Made by a program: the position numbers and the translations under genes. Under the pieces are notes generated by a model. It saw only the letters and a list, made by a program, of their open reading frames with translations. It had not been told where the DNA came from and made no database searches. From positions 1 to 64,000 of IMG/VR virus record IMGVR_UViG_3300014059_000008: a DNA stretch of 64,000 bases; one strand, 5' to 3'. This stretch comes from a virus (Duplodnaviria > Caudoviricetes). Every line of letters begins with the position of its first letter. Position 1 is the first letter of the stretch. Positions 8,724-18,398 of this stretch are shown one piece after another.

Positions 8724-10586
8724 TTAGTTTTGCCCAGCGCGGTTATTCTGTCGAGTCCCAGATATTGCAGCCTTGCGCGTTTGCTTGGCTTCGCTGGTGA
8801 CTTTTGCGGATAGACCGTCGGCAACTTGGACGTTTACATCTACTTTTATTCCCATCTCTTGCTGCTTTGCAATGAACGCATCCATCATTTCCTTGGTAGC
8901 TGGCTTTAGGACCTCAGCAGCAGATGTGGTTTTCATTACATCCTTGTCGTTTATCAACCTGTTTCGCGCAGACGAGGTATCGCTACCAGTTCCACTCAGA
9001 ACAACGCCAGCTATAGCGCCCTCGACTGCCATCTTGGCCTTTGGCCCAACTGCCCCAGCAATCCCACTTGCTACTTCAGCAGCAACCATAGCTTCTGGAT
9101 GCTCAGCCCTGGCAGCACCAAGAGCATTTGAGACAGCAAAGATAGACGGAAACTTCTGATTGATCTTCTGAAGGTGCGTCTGCTCATCTCGGGTTTGGAT
9201 ACCCATAAGCTGCCCTTCCATGCTTCCCGCGCGGTGCTCGTAGTTGCGTTCCAGAATTTCTCGGCCCGCTTGCGCACTCACGTCGCGCAGCTGTTTATAC
9301 TTCTCGCGGCCACGTAATAGGGCCTGGATGCCTTCGCGGGCTTGTTTGTCACGCCAAACGTCATAGAAGACTTTGTACTCAGACGCCTTCTTTGGATCGT
9401 TTTCTGCGGCAATCAAGTCTGCGTCAGTTGCGGGAATCTTGAGCTTGCCGCCCTTCTGTGAGACTGCCAGCTCTGCAAGAAACTTTTCCGGGTCGCGCAG
9501 ATAGCCCTTCTTGTCGATCATCGAAACGCCGGTAGCAGCCTTCAGGCGCTCGTTTGTTTTATCGTCGCCAAACTTGCCCATAAGGTTCTCGGCAAGGTTG
9601 ACGGTCTTATCTGCGTTGCCGGACACACCAGGAGCGTCCGCGATGGCTTGCAGGATTGCTTGGCCTTCGCGAAAGCCAGTCAGTCCGGTGGTCTTGCGCA
9701 TTGCCATGAATTGAGCGATGAACGTGCCGCCTTTGAGGTCGATGTCGCGCGCCTTCAGTGCGCCCTCTTGCTCACCAGCGCGAGTGATGGCCAGCTTCTG
9801 CTCAAGCTCCGATGAAGTCTTGAGGCCAAGGTCTTTCATTGACACGACTTGGCTGTTTACGAATTGCCCGTACTCCTCAGGAGAGATGTCTTGCGCATAG
9901 GCCGCTTTGGCTAGGCGATTCAGCAGCGCGCCTTTGTCATTGTAGGCCAGCTCTAGACCGGCGGATTTTGTCTCTTGGGCCAGCGCCACGGCTTGCACAA
10001 GCTGAGCCTGTGGCGTGTTGTGCAGGATGGATGCCTCTTCGATGTTTTTGCGGACCTGTGCAAACTTGATGGGGTCATTGGTGAGCACCATGCTTCGCTG
10101 CAGCTGGTCGTACTTCTTTTGCAGCTCCATTGCGTCGGCGGTGCTCTCTTCGATGCCTTTGATCTTCCCCAGCTTCAGGATGGCATCCATCTTCTCTTTG
10201 ACCTTCTCGAACGCTTGGTGCATCGCTTGCGCACCGAAGGCCCCGATTTTCATCGCAGTCGCTAGGCGGTCCGCTCCGCTGGCGATGCCGAGCACTTCTC
10301 GCCGCGACTGATTCAGATCTTTGTTCAGCTGCTGACTGATGAGCTTTGCATCGCGCAGCGGCACGCCCGCGCGGACCATGGCCGACTCGAATTGCTTGGT
10401 GTCACCGCCAAGCGTGTTCATGACCGTGCGCGCTTCTTTAAGCGACAAGAGAAGCGTGGAACCGGCAGCGGTGCCAGCTTGCTTGATCTTGTTTATGAGG
10501 TCTTCGGATTCCTTTTTGTTCTCGGCGATTTGCTTTTTGAACTCGCCAGAATCTCGGACCTTAAAGCGGACCTCTACCGTCGCCAT
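8724..10586 (-). CDS. Tail tape measure protein
   Basis: 620 aa, helical Ala/Lys/Glu-rich; lies between chaperone and gp43-like gene. Confidence 0.8.
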   Translation of the reverse strand: MATVEVRFKVRDSGEFKKQIAENKKESEDLINKIKQAGTAAGSTLLLSLKEARTVMNTLGGDTKQFESAMVRAGVPLRDAKLISQQLNKDLNQSRREVLGIASGADRLATAMKIGAFGAQAMHQAFEKVKEKMDAILKLGKIKGIEESTADAMELQKKYDQLQRSMVLTNDPIKFAQVRKNIEEASILHNTPQAQLVQAVALAQETKSAGLELAYNDKGALLNRLAKAAYAQDISPEEYGQFVNSQVVSMKDLGLKTSSELEQKLAITRAGEQEGALKARDIDLKGGTFIAQFMAMRKTTGLTGFREGQAILQAIADAPGVSGNADKTVNLAENLMGKFGDDKTNERLKAATGVSMIDKKGYLRDPEKFLAELAVSQKGGKLKIPATDADLIAAENDPKKASEYKVFYDVWRDKQAREGIQALLRGREKYKQLRDVSAQAGREILERNYEHRAGSMEGQLMGIQTRDEQTHLQKINQKFPSIFAVSNALGAARAEHPEAMVAAEVASGIAGAVGPKAKMAVEGAIAGVVLSGTGSDTSSARNRLINDKDVMKTTSAAEVLKPATKEMMDAFIAKQQEMGIKVDVNVQVADGLSAKVTSEAKQTRKAAISGTRQNNRAGQN

Positions 10587-10589
10587 GGT

Positions 10590-10865
10590 TTATTCCTGTG
10601 GGCTTTCAGATGGGTGAGGGCTAAACGGTAGCCACGAAGCGGGGCGGAACTCGGTGCTGTAGGCGGCTTTCTCGGCTTCCTCTTTGGTTGCCAAGTACGG
10701 GTCATCCGTCGGGATCTTGAGCATGTCCCAGTACGAGACTTGATCGTAAGTTAGGCCGGGGAAGGTCCGTCCGGGCAGGGACAGACATCCACCATAAAAG
10801 TTAAGAATCCCTCCAGCTCCGCCTGCGAGAACTCGGTCCAGTCTATCGGACCGGGCTTTTTTTTT
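10590..10865 (-). CDS. C-terminal part (gpT-like) of frameshifted tail assembly chaperone
   Basis: Open in the -1 frame relative to 10751..11431 from the A9 run to a stop 3 nt before the tape measure ATG. Confidence 0.7.
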   Translation of the reverse strand, partial: KKKARSDRLDRVLAGGAGGILNFYGGCLSLPGRTFPGLTYDQVSYWDMLKIPTDDPYLATKEEAEKAAYSTEFRPASWLPFSPHPSESPQE

Positions 10866-11431
10866 AGGGCCTGCAGCAGCTGTAGATACTTCTTTTCCTG
10901 CCCAAGCATCTGCAGCGTGCTTAGTGGCGCTGATGCCAGGGACACGTTCATGTAGGCCGACCAAAGCGTGTCGAACGCAGCTTGGCCACTGAGCGACTTT
11001 TCCAGGTGGCGCGCATCAGTGAACATCTGCGCGTCTTCGCTGCCCATGTGCTTGTCGAGTTGAATGGTTCCATCTGGCGCTAGGCCAGTCTCTAGCGCAT
11101 AACCATCCAGCACTGCACAGCTCAGCAGATGCAGACGGTACTCGCGCGTGTAGATGTCCTCATCGCCAGGCCTGCCTGCTAGCTCGCACCGCTTGTGCGC
11201 GCGGATCTCGGCATCGGCGATCTCGGGTATGGTGCAAGTTCTGATAGGCACCCATGCGGACTGCGGGCAGTCTGGCCACGGGAACCACTCGTAGCGCTGC
11301 GCCCCGAGCTTTAGCGCCTCAAGAGCGGCAGACTCCGCGCGCTCTTTGACTAGCTCGGTGCGCATCTCTTGGGCCTGCTCTCGGCGGTCCTGCGATGCTG
11401 CAGCTTTGGTTTTAACGGGTCCAACTTTCAC
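10751..11431 (-). CDS. Tail assembly chaperone (gpG-like)
   Basis: Between tube and tape measure; contains LKKKP slippery site. Confidence 0.75.
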   Translation of the reverse strand: MKVGPVKTKAAASQDRREQAQEMRTELVKERAESAALEALKLGAQRYEWFPWPDCPQSAWVPIRTCTIPEIADAEIRAHKRCELAGRPGDEDIYTREYRLHLLSCAVLDGYALETGLAPDGTIQLDKHMGSEDAQMFTDARHLEKSLSGQAAFDTLWSAYMNVSLASAPLSTLQMLGQEKKYLQLLQALKKKPGPIDWTEFSQAELEGFLTFMVDVCPCPDGPSPA

Positions 11432-11455
11432 GTTCTGTACTCCTGCCAGTGGTTG

Positions 11456-11893
11456 CTAGCGCGCCTTGGTGGCTCTACCGCACATGATCACAATGGAGTC
11501 GGCGCTGGGGCTTGCCATCTGCGCCTTTTGGTCGAGGGACTGCGGGAAGCCCTCAAGTCTCCACCGCTGCCCAGACGTGTCGCCCTTGTAGTAAAAATAC
11601 AGGGTGAGGACCTTGGCCTCTTGGATGATCTCCATCCAGTCCACATCGCCGCCGCCATCGACGCGATGCGCTGACTGAAACGTGACCATATTCGTGACTG
11701 GCCCGTTTGACTTTCCAGCGAGTCCGCCCCGCTGATTGTCTGCGCCAAACGTAAAGACCGGCTGCGCGCCGTTTGCTGTTTTGATCTCGACCGTATTGAG
11801 GTCGGCAAGGTACTGGACCCGGCCTCCTCGGACCGCAAGATGCACCTGCATCTGCGCGGCATAGGTCACTAGGGCCTGTGGTTGCTGGGGCAT
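11456..11893 (-). CDS. Tail tube protein
   Basis: 145 aa, beta-rich, directly after sheath. Confidence 0.75.
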   Translation of the reverse strand: MPQQPQALVTYAAQMQVHLAVRGGRVQYLADLNTVEIKTANGAQPVFTFGADNQRGGLAGKSNGPVTNMVTFQSAHRVDGGGDVDWMEIIQEAKVLTLYFYYKGDTSGQRWRLEGFPQSLDQKAQMASPSADSIVIMCGRATKAR

Positions 11894-11905
11894 TTTCGTG
11901 TCTCC

Positions 11906-13414
11906 TTATGCCTTAGTGACTTGCTTGAAAACCGCTTCCCACTGGAGGAAGTGGCCGATGACTTGCAGCGGGATGTTTGGCGTGAGCAGTCGGTCGCTGT
12001 TAGACGGGTGGATCTTGGACTTGATCGCGCCCGACGCGATGATCGTCTCGACGTTGACAAGCTGGCCTTTAGCCCCACGCTCCCGCAGCCGCTCGAACAG
12101 GAAGTCATCGAACAGTGCTGGGGTGAGCACGTTCGGGATGCCGTCTTGGTTCGGCTCGTTGGGATCGTTGTCGGCCAGCTTGTAGCCCTCAAAATGAATC
12201 GGGACGTTGATCTCTAGCTCGTCCGCGATGTCATCAGGCACAAGCACGCACTGCAGCCCTAAGCATGCGTAGTCGGGGTTCCCATCCACGGTCTGAAAGC
12301 GCGTCGTGATAGGGCGGCTGATCTTGCCCACCGTCAGCTGTGTGGGGAACGTCTTAATCGGCGTCAGACCGACGTTGAGCGCTGCAGTCTCCTCTGCATT
12401 GGTGATGCGGTTGGAGTTGGAAACAGGGCCCCGGAAGTTCGCCCACTCTTTACCGGCGATGTTTGCGGCAATGTCTTCGTCGGTGCCTTTGATGATAAAG
12501 ACCGCATACCGAGCGGCCAGCGCGTAGGGCTGCGTCTCTGCGCTCTTGCACCACGCGATCGTGCATCGGTGGGCATTGACCGCAGTAGACACCACGGTCG
12601 CCGTACCGAGCGATCCAGTGTGGCCAGCTACGATGATGCCGCGATGACCGATGAGCGGATCTGCGCGATCATTGGCGTACTGCACCCAGCGGGGCACGCC
12701 AACCGAAGTACTCGACGAGTTGTCAGGGCAGACGATGATCTTGCAGCCAAACGAGGCCAGCGCATCGAGCGCGGTAGACGGATCGGAATCCGTGGTGCCA
12801 ACGGTCGTAACACCAAAGGCGTAGGTGCTGCCCGTGATGCCGCTCGCTTCGTAGCGTGGCGAGAACACGTTGCCGCGAGCGCCCTTGTGGTTCCAGCGAA
12901 AGAGCACCGTGTTCGCGACTGGCGCGGTGGGACAGTACACCGGCAGATCGCGGATCTTGACCATCTCGTTATAGACGGCGGTGGCTTGATCGTTGGCCGA
13001 CATGCCAGGGGCGATCGGCACTTCGACCAGACGCCGGTAGCCCTGGATCTGAATCAGCAGCGATCCGCCAAGCACCGAAGCGCCAGTGATTGTGAGCGTC
13101 TGCTCCGCGTAGTTGCCGCCCAGCGCTTCCGGGTAGCTCACGCCCCACAGCGTTACATCCTGGTTTTCCTCAAACGCCTCACGGACCATGAGGTGCATTT
13201 CGGAGCCGTAGCCCCACTGCGCCGCCGCTTCGTCCTCGGAAATGATGGGGCCATACAGCGTGTTATCGGCAATGGTCGCAACGCCACTGCCTACTTTTTT
13301 TGCATAGCCGGTGAGCACGATGTTGCGCGGTGCTGCACCGGAACTTTGTGGACCCTTGCCGAACTGGACCGACAGAAACATCGCCGGTCTTTTGTTGGCG
13401 GGCGAAATGGACAT
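11906..13414 (-). CDS. Tail sheath protein (Mu gpL-like)
   Basis: EAAAQWGYGSEMHLM, HKGARGN, EETAALNVGLTPI, ISRPITT. Confidence 0.92.
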   Translation of the reverse strand: MSISPANKRPAMFLSVQFGKGPQSSGAAPRNIVLTGYAKKVGSGVATIADNTLYGPIISEDEAAAQWGYGSEMHLMVREAFEENQDVTLWGVSYPEALGGNYAEQTLTITGASVLGGSLLIQIQGYRRLVEVPIAPGMSANDQATAVYNEMVKIRDLPVYCPTAPVANTVLFRWNHKGARGNVFSPRYEASGITGSTYAFGVTTVGTTDSDPSTALDALASFGCKIIVCPDNSSSTSVGVPRWVQYANDRADPLIGHRGIIVAGHTGSLGTATVVSTAVNAHRCTIAWCKSAETQPYALAARYAVFIIKGTDEDIAANIAGKEWANFRGPVSNSNRITNAEETAALNVGLTPIKTFPTQLTVGKISRPITTRFQTVDGNPDYACLGLQCVLVPDDIADELEINVPIHFEGYKLADNDPNEPNQDGIPNVLTPALFDDFLFERLRERGAKGQLVNVETIIASGAIKSKIHPSNSDRLLTPNIPLQVIGHFLQWEAVFKQVTKA

Positions 13415-13439
13415 GGATTCGCTCCTCTGGGAAAGATGT

Positions 13440-13787
13440 TTACGCCGCTACGATGTCTCCATTAGCAAGCGCGGTGCGGAAGTATTGACCGTACGGGCCT
13501 TCGATCGGAACCTCGACCGTGAGGACATCCCCGTTTGCATCCAGGTTGGTCAGATGCACCGGGAAGCCTGACACGAATAGGTCAGAGGTCTGGCTCACGT
13601 AGCCGCCCTTGCCATCTACGTCGATGCCTGGGGCACCTGGCAGCACGATCGATGCCTCTTCGATGATCTGCCCGTCTGGTCCTCGGTTGCACTCACGTAG
13701 GCCGACGTAGTGCCGGTTTCTCGACGTAGAGCGCTGGATGTCTAGCAGCAGTGATCCAGGCACTGCTTTAACGCGCTGTGTTTTCAT
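13440..13787 (-). CDS. Small tail-region protein (Mu gp38-like position)
   Basis: RVKAVPG...YFRTALANGDIV; position before sheath. Confidence 0.5.
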   Translation of the reverse strand: MKTQRVKAVPGSLLLDIQRSTSRNRHYVGLRECNRGPDGQIIEEASIVLPGAPGIDVDGKGGYVSQTSDLFVSGFPVHLTNLDANGDVLTVEVPIEGPYGQYFRTALANGDIVAA

Positions 13788-14557
13788 ACAAAGGCTCCTC
13801 TTTCGGGTGGGACAAGTCCGCTTCTCGATGCGAGCTGTGGATTTAATCTGGCGTCGTCGAGGCTACCAGATTCGAGCCTGTGGCGCAGCAGATAGTCAAA
13901 GTACGCGTATTGGAACGCGGGAAGCTCTAGGCCGAGATTGGAAACGGTGCGCTCCCAGAATTGCTCGACCTCAAACTTTCCGCTCAGCGTGGGGTAGATA
14001 ATTTGCTGACTTGGCCCCATGTAGCCCATCTCGGATTCGTACTGCTGCCATCCGAGAGCGAAGTCTCGCAGCAGCGCCGCATTCAGCAGTTGCCGGTCAT
14101 CCGTGCATCGCTGGGTGTTTGTGAGCACGCGACGAAGGTGCTCGTCAAACTGCTGCAGCAGCGGCCATATGCGCTCCGTCTCGGAGTGCGGAGGAAGAAC
14201 CCACATGAACTTGAATGTCATGGTGGTTCTATCGACGCCAACCGTGTGCGGTCTGCGCACGTTCTTTGATCGCCAGATGGCAAAGAGCGGCCATGAGGGC
14301 TCGCCCTCTTTCACGGCGTCAAAGTTCTTCCCTTGCATCGGGTCTGCCCGAAAGACCGTCTGAATGGGCCGCGTGCCAGGGTTATCAAAGGTGCGCTTAA
14401 AGTCGGCTACCCATCCTTCGCATAGCTTCGGTTCACGCGGTGCGATGTAGCCATCCCCAAGGTGGCGCGTGATGATCGCAGCGAACGCCTCGACTTGGTA
14501 GTCGATGACAACGCGCGGCGAGATCGTCAGGTCCTGTGCTGGCGTGGCTTTGTTCAC
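13784..14557 (-). CDS. Putative tail terminator/neck protein
   Basis: Position between gp10-like/adaptor genes and sheath. Confidence 0.5.
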   Translation of the reverse strand: MNKATPAQDLTISPRVVIDYQVEAFAAIITRHLGDGYIAPREPKLCEGWVADFKRTFDNPGTRPIQTVFRADPMQGKNFDAVKEGEPSWPLFAIWRSKNVRRPHTVGVDRTTMTFKFMWVLPPHSETERIWPLLQQFDEHLRRVLTNTQRCTDDRQLLNAALLRDFALGWQQYESEMGYMGPSQQIIYPTLSGKFEVEQFWERTVSNLGLELPAFQYAYFDYLLRHRLESGSLDDARLNPQLASRSGLVPPERGAFV

Positions 14558-14997
14558 GAGCTCCTCGAAATTCCTACGCCGCCGCTCACGTTGGCACCTT
14601 CGAGCGTGATGATCGGCAGCGCTTCCAGCTCATTCATGTAGTCCGCGTTAAAGCGTATCGCGTCAGCGGTGAACTTGTCCGTGGGGTCTTTGCTGTTGGT
14701 TCGGAATAGCAGCTCAAGCGTCTTAAACACCTTCAGCTGCGTGAGGTCGCCGATGTTTGCAAAATCTTCTAGGCGCAGCGGCGTCGACATCTTTTTCAGG
14801 TCGCGCACGATGTCAGACTCGGCATCGGCGAACCACGGGTCGTACAGCTCCGGCTTGGCGTAGGGGTCTGCGATGGATGCCGCCTCTGCCAGGATCTGCC
14901 CGCGCTTGTCCTTGCGCCAAGTCGGCACGAGGTTTTCGCAGTTGCTGTACCGAGAGCGCAGCCGGTCTTCGTTGCATGGAATTTTGCCAGTAGCCAT
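14554..14997 (-). CDS. Putative head-tail adaptor
   Basis: 147 aa, helical; neck position. Confidence 0.45.
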   Translation of the reverse strand: MATGKIPCNEDRLRSRYSNCENLVPTWRKDKRGQILAEAASIADPYAKPELYDPWFADAESDIVRDLKKMSTPLRLEDFANIGDLTQLKVFKTLELLFRTNSKDPTDKFTADAIRFNADYMNELEALPIITLEGANVSGGVGISRSS

Positions 14998-15000
14998 CGC

Positions 15001-15456
15001 TTACGCTCCTAGTATTTTCTCGAATCGTCGCTCGATGCGCGTCACAAACTCGTCGTCAGATACAGCGCCCCGGATGAAATTCAGCGCTTGCGTGCCTGGG
15101 TGATTCACTTTCTTGGCGAACACAAGACCAGCGGGGCCCTGAAAGGCAAGTGAGCGCGCGTTCTTGGGGCGGATCTCGTGCGGCTTGGTGCCGTATTCCA
15201 GGAATGCAGCAGCCACTGACTCCGCGCGAATAAAACCGATCCATGATTTCTCGCCGCCTTCGGGCTGGGAGAAGATGCCGCCCTGGATGCTTTGCCGAGT
15301 CTCGCCGGTATCATCCAAAAATGGCGCAGCCTTGGCCCGTTGCGCGCCCTCGTCCATCAGCTGCACGATCTCATCTTCGATCGCCATCGGCAGCTCGCGC
15401 TCCGCAAGGTTCTCTAGGTCGCCCCAGGTGTCGCCATCTGGCTCGTAGGAGATCAT
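15001..15456 (-). CDS. HK97 gp10-like tail completion protein
   Basis: DTGETRQSI, AAFLEYGTKPHEIRPKNARSLAF, AKKVNHPGTQALNF. Confidence 0.85.
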   Translation of the reverse strand: MISYEPDGDTWGDLENLAERELPMAIEDEIVQLMDEGAQRAKAAPFLDDTGETRQSIQGGIFSQPEGGEKSWIGFIRAESVAAAFLEYGTKPHEIRPKNARSLAFQGPAGLVFAKKVNHPGTQALNFIRGAVSDDEFVTRIERRFEKILGA

Positions 15457-15950
15457 GCAGCCTCCCCTACTGGCTTGCGCCGATGTCGCGGCTGCTGGGG
15501 TAGTTGCTGAAACGTCACCTGCTCTTGGGGTTCAGGTTCTTTCAGCTGTGGCCGTTCTGCTGGCGGTGCATCTGGATCTGTCGCGCGCAAGTAATCCGCG
15601 TACAGCTCAGCGAAGTTGTGCCCCGGATAGCGTTCATCCAGCCACGCCAAGTACTTGATGCACAGCTCGCGGTCCGATGGCATTCCCGACTCATCGACAG
15701 GCACAATCCGCCACAGCAATGGCTGCGACCTAAAGTAGCGTTCTGCCACTTCCTTGGGCACGATATTCGTCAGCTGTAGGGGATTGCCATCAATCGCTAC
15801 ACCCGGCACCTGATAGCCGCTAAAGAGCGTGCCATTGGTGTTGATGCGCTGCATTCGCACCGGGTCATGGATTCTGACCATGGGGATCATCTGGTTGGAA
15901 TCAACGAGATGAAAGTCGATAGGCGGGGGAGTCACTGCCGGGGTGGACAT
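15453..15950 (-). CDS. Hypothetical head-region protein
   Basis: ORF directly after capsid gene. Confidence 0.55.
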   Translation of the reverse strand: MSTPAVTPPPIDFHLVDSNQMIPMVRIHDPVRMQRINTNGTLFSGYQVPGVAIDGNPLQLTNIVPKEVAERYFRSQPLLWRIVPVDESGMPSDRELCIKYLAWLDERYPGHNFAELYADYLRATDPDAPPAERPQLKEPEPQEQVTFQQLPQQPRHRRKPVGEAA

Positions 15951-15993
15951 GCGCTTACTTTATCAGCAAATCCGCCCCGGCTTCTAGGGCTTA

Positions 15994-17319
15994 CTACGGA
16001 TTGTAGAAGCCTTCCTTCATTGCGGCAGCGCCACTGGAGCCGAGCGCCCAAGCGTGGCTTAGCGTGATGCGGATGGCTTCCTCGTCCTTCTCATAGGCTA
16101 GGCCAAGGTCGCGGATGTTCCAGCCGAAGCCGTGCTGCTGCACAACGTCTTGGCCCGGTGCGCCACGAACGATCCCATAAAATCCACCATGGTCAACGCC
16201 CATGCCCTCGGAAACCATCGGGTCCAGACAGACCGCGATGATCGGCTTGGTGACTTTGTTGTTGATGATCTTGGTGGGCATGTCGTCGATCGTCAGCAGC
16301 GGGTGGCCGTTGTAGATCTCGATCTTGTCGAGGGCCAGCTGCTTCAAGTCATCGGGAACATTGACCATGAGTTCCCACATCGCCGCAGTCTCAAGCGTCG
16401 AGCCGCCCATCTGGCGATTAAGCGACTTGAGCGCGCGTTTCTGGGCCGCATCCATGCACAGCACAGTCATGCGGTTGTTGCGGTACGCGCCATGCAGCTG
16501 GTCGATGAGCGCGTCCAGGTGCTCAAAGGTCACTGCGGTGGGAACGCCAAAGCTCGACTTCTGGCCGGACTCCATCAGCGCAATCAGACCGTCTGGCTGG
16601 TTGGTGGTGGTGGCGAAAATCAGCTCAGCTTGCGCGTCACCGGATGGCAGCGTGCCAACGGTAAATTCGATGAACGCATCCTTGTGAGCCGAGCGCAGCT
16701 TGACTACATCGCCTTGGTTCAGCGCAGCACTCTCCGCTCCGTACTCGGGATCACCAGGAGCCGCATACTGAGCTTTCTTGGTGCCGACCGAGAAACGGAT
16801 GCGGCCATTGCCGTTGACCGACCAGTTGTAGGCGCTGGCGTTGATGGAACCGCTGACAAACGCGGCGGTCAGACTGCCATTGCTGGCAATCGTGCAACTG
16901 TCGGTGTAGCGGCCATTGATGGCAGTCGCCCAAGCGCCGCGTGCCAGCTCTTGCAGAACGAGCATGGCCTTTCCAGCAAGCGGGTCCGATCCCAGCGCGG
17001 GGTTGTTGGTGTAGGCGCGGCGCATGATCGCAGACATGGCGGGCTGCGCAACGGCATCGCGGATCATCGAGCGGATCTCGACGATCTTTGGGTCCTTGGT
17101 GTTCAGGATCGCGGAGTTCGGGGACAGATACTTGATCTCCGTGAACTCTCCGTAGGCCCGACGGAAGTAGCTCTTGCTGTTGCTTCCATCGAGCACCGTG
17201 TCAAAGCTCATGAGCTGAGCCAGCTGGTTCGCGCGGAACGAATTGGCGAAAACCTGCTTGTTGAACATCAGCTCAGTCAGCGCCCACGCGTCGATCTGAG
17301 TAAAAAACTGGCTGGACAT
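15994..17319 (-). CDS. Major capsid protein (HK97 fold) with ~100-aa insertion
   Basis: AING...QPDGL, VTFEHLDALID, YNGHPLL, IRDLG motifs; follows scaffold; strong TAAGGAG RBS. Confidence 0.8.
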   Translation of the reverse strand: MSSQFFTQIDAWALTELMFNKQVFANSFRANQLAQLMSFDTVLDGSNSKSYFRRAYGEFTEIKYLSPNSAILNTKDPKIVEIRSMIRDAVAQPAMSAIMRRAYTNNPALGSDPLAGKAMLVLQELARGAWATAINGRYTDSCTIASNGSLTAAFVSGSINASAYNWSVNGNGRIRFSVGTKKAQYAAPGDPEYGAESAALNQGDVVKLRSAHKDAFIEFTVGTLPSGDAQAELIFATTTNQPDGLIALMESGQKSSFGVPTAVTFEHLDALIDQLHGAYRNNRMTVLCMDAAQKRALKSLNRQMGGSTLETAAMWELMVNVPDDLKQLALDKIEIYNGHPLLTIDDMPTKIINNKVTKPIIAVCLDPMVSEGMGVDHGGFYGIVRGAPGQDVVQQHGFGWNIRDLGLAYEKDEEAIRITLSHAWALGSSGAAAMKEGFYNP

Positions 17320-17395
17320 GGATTAGCTCCTTAGGTGAGAGGCTTCCCTCTCAGGTGATCAATGCGTGGCCGAAGCCCGCGCGGTTAAAACGAAT

Positions 17396-18349
17396 TTACT
17401 TACCAGTAGCCTTGGCAAAGCTGGATGCAAACTCAGCTTGGCTAAACTTCGGACTGCGACCAGGGGTGCCCTGCGGAAAGCTCATCGGGACGCCGCCGCC
17501 TGCAGACCCCTGAAACCCCATCCCAGCTGGCACAGCTTGCCGGAACACTACGCCGTCTGGCGTGTCCAGCCATGCAGTGACGCCCTTGTCTAGCAGCTCG
17601 TGCTTTGGCGTGCCGTCAGTGCCGAGATTGATATACAGCTTACCGTCTGCGCCTCGACCGATAGCACCCTTGAGCATCAGCATCTCGGCTGCAGTGGTGA
17701 CAGCGCTAGAGGTGAGCCGGTACTGGGTGTTGTTTTCCAGTGCCTTGCGCACCGCAAGCGTGGTGTCAACCAGCTTGGCCTTCTCTTCAGCCGCTTCCTT
17801 CTCGGCGCGCATCTTAGCCACTTCATCGCTTAGCTTTTTCTGCGCTGCCAGTGCTTCCTCGTGCTTGCTCTGCATCGACAAGAATGCAGGGTCAGACAGC
17901 AGATTCTGCGCAGGCTGCGGAGCGGGCGCGGGTGGCGGTGCTTGCGGCTGCGGAGGAATCGGTGGCGCTGCAGGAGCGGCTGGCGGTGGAGTCGTGGCAG
18001 CAGCTGGTGCCGGTGGCGCTGGTGGCGTCTGCCCGTTCATGTTATGCAGCAGCTCCTTCATCGTGTTACGGATGAACTCTTGCTGATCCGCCTGAGCCTT
18101 CGCGAATTGCTCATGCGTCACAAACGCCTGCCCCTGTGGTTGTGCAGCTGCAGCTGGCGTAGCAGCCGGTGCCGGAATTGGCGCGGGCGCTGGGGGCGGC
18201 ATGACGGGCGTGATCTGCACAGGTGGGGGCGGGGCAGATCCTCCACCAGTTGCGCCTTCAGCGGATGCGTTCTCGGCCATGATCGAGCACATGGTGCCCA
18301 TCGAGAGACCAAGGGCGGGGATGAGTCCTGCGAGTAACTTCGTGTTCAT
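17396..18349 (-). CDS. Capsid scaffolding protein
   Basis: Pro/Ala-rich N-half, coiled coil, GxG-rich C-terminus; precedes capsid gene. Confidence 0.75.
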   Translation of the reverse strand: MNTKLLAGLIPALGLSMGTMCSIMAENASAEGATGGGSAPPPPVQITPVMPPPAPAPIPAPAATPAAAAQPQGQAFVTHEQFAKAQADQQEFIRNTMKELLHNMNGQTPPAPPAPAAATTPPPAAPAAPPIPPQPQAPPPAPAPQPAQNLLSDPAFLSMQSKHEEALAAQKKLSDEVAKMRAEKEAAEEKAKLVDTTLAVRKALENNTQYRLTSSAVTTAAEMLMLKGAIGRGADGKLYINLGTDGTPKHELLDKGVTAWLDTPDGVVFRQAVPAGMGFQGSAGGGVPMSFPQGTPGRSPKFSQAEFASSFAKATGK

Positions 18350-18398
18350 GATCGTTTTCTCCTACCGGTTTTTTGTCTAAGTGCTGCGCCTATACAAA

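Noticed and set aside
12569-13465. 298-aa plus-strand ORF (likewise 20190..21017)
   Set aside because: Antisense shadows of the sheath and portal genes
16132-17334. 400-aa plus-strand ORF
   Set aside because: Antisense to the capsid gene; expected from biased codon usage
17336-17383. Two hairpins in the capsid leader
   Set aside because: Ordinary 5' stabilising structures for a highly expressed gene; no evidence for more
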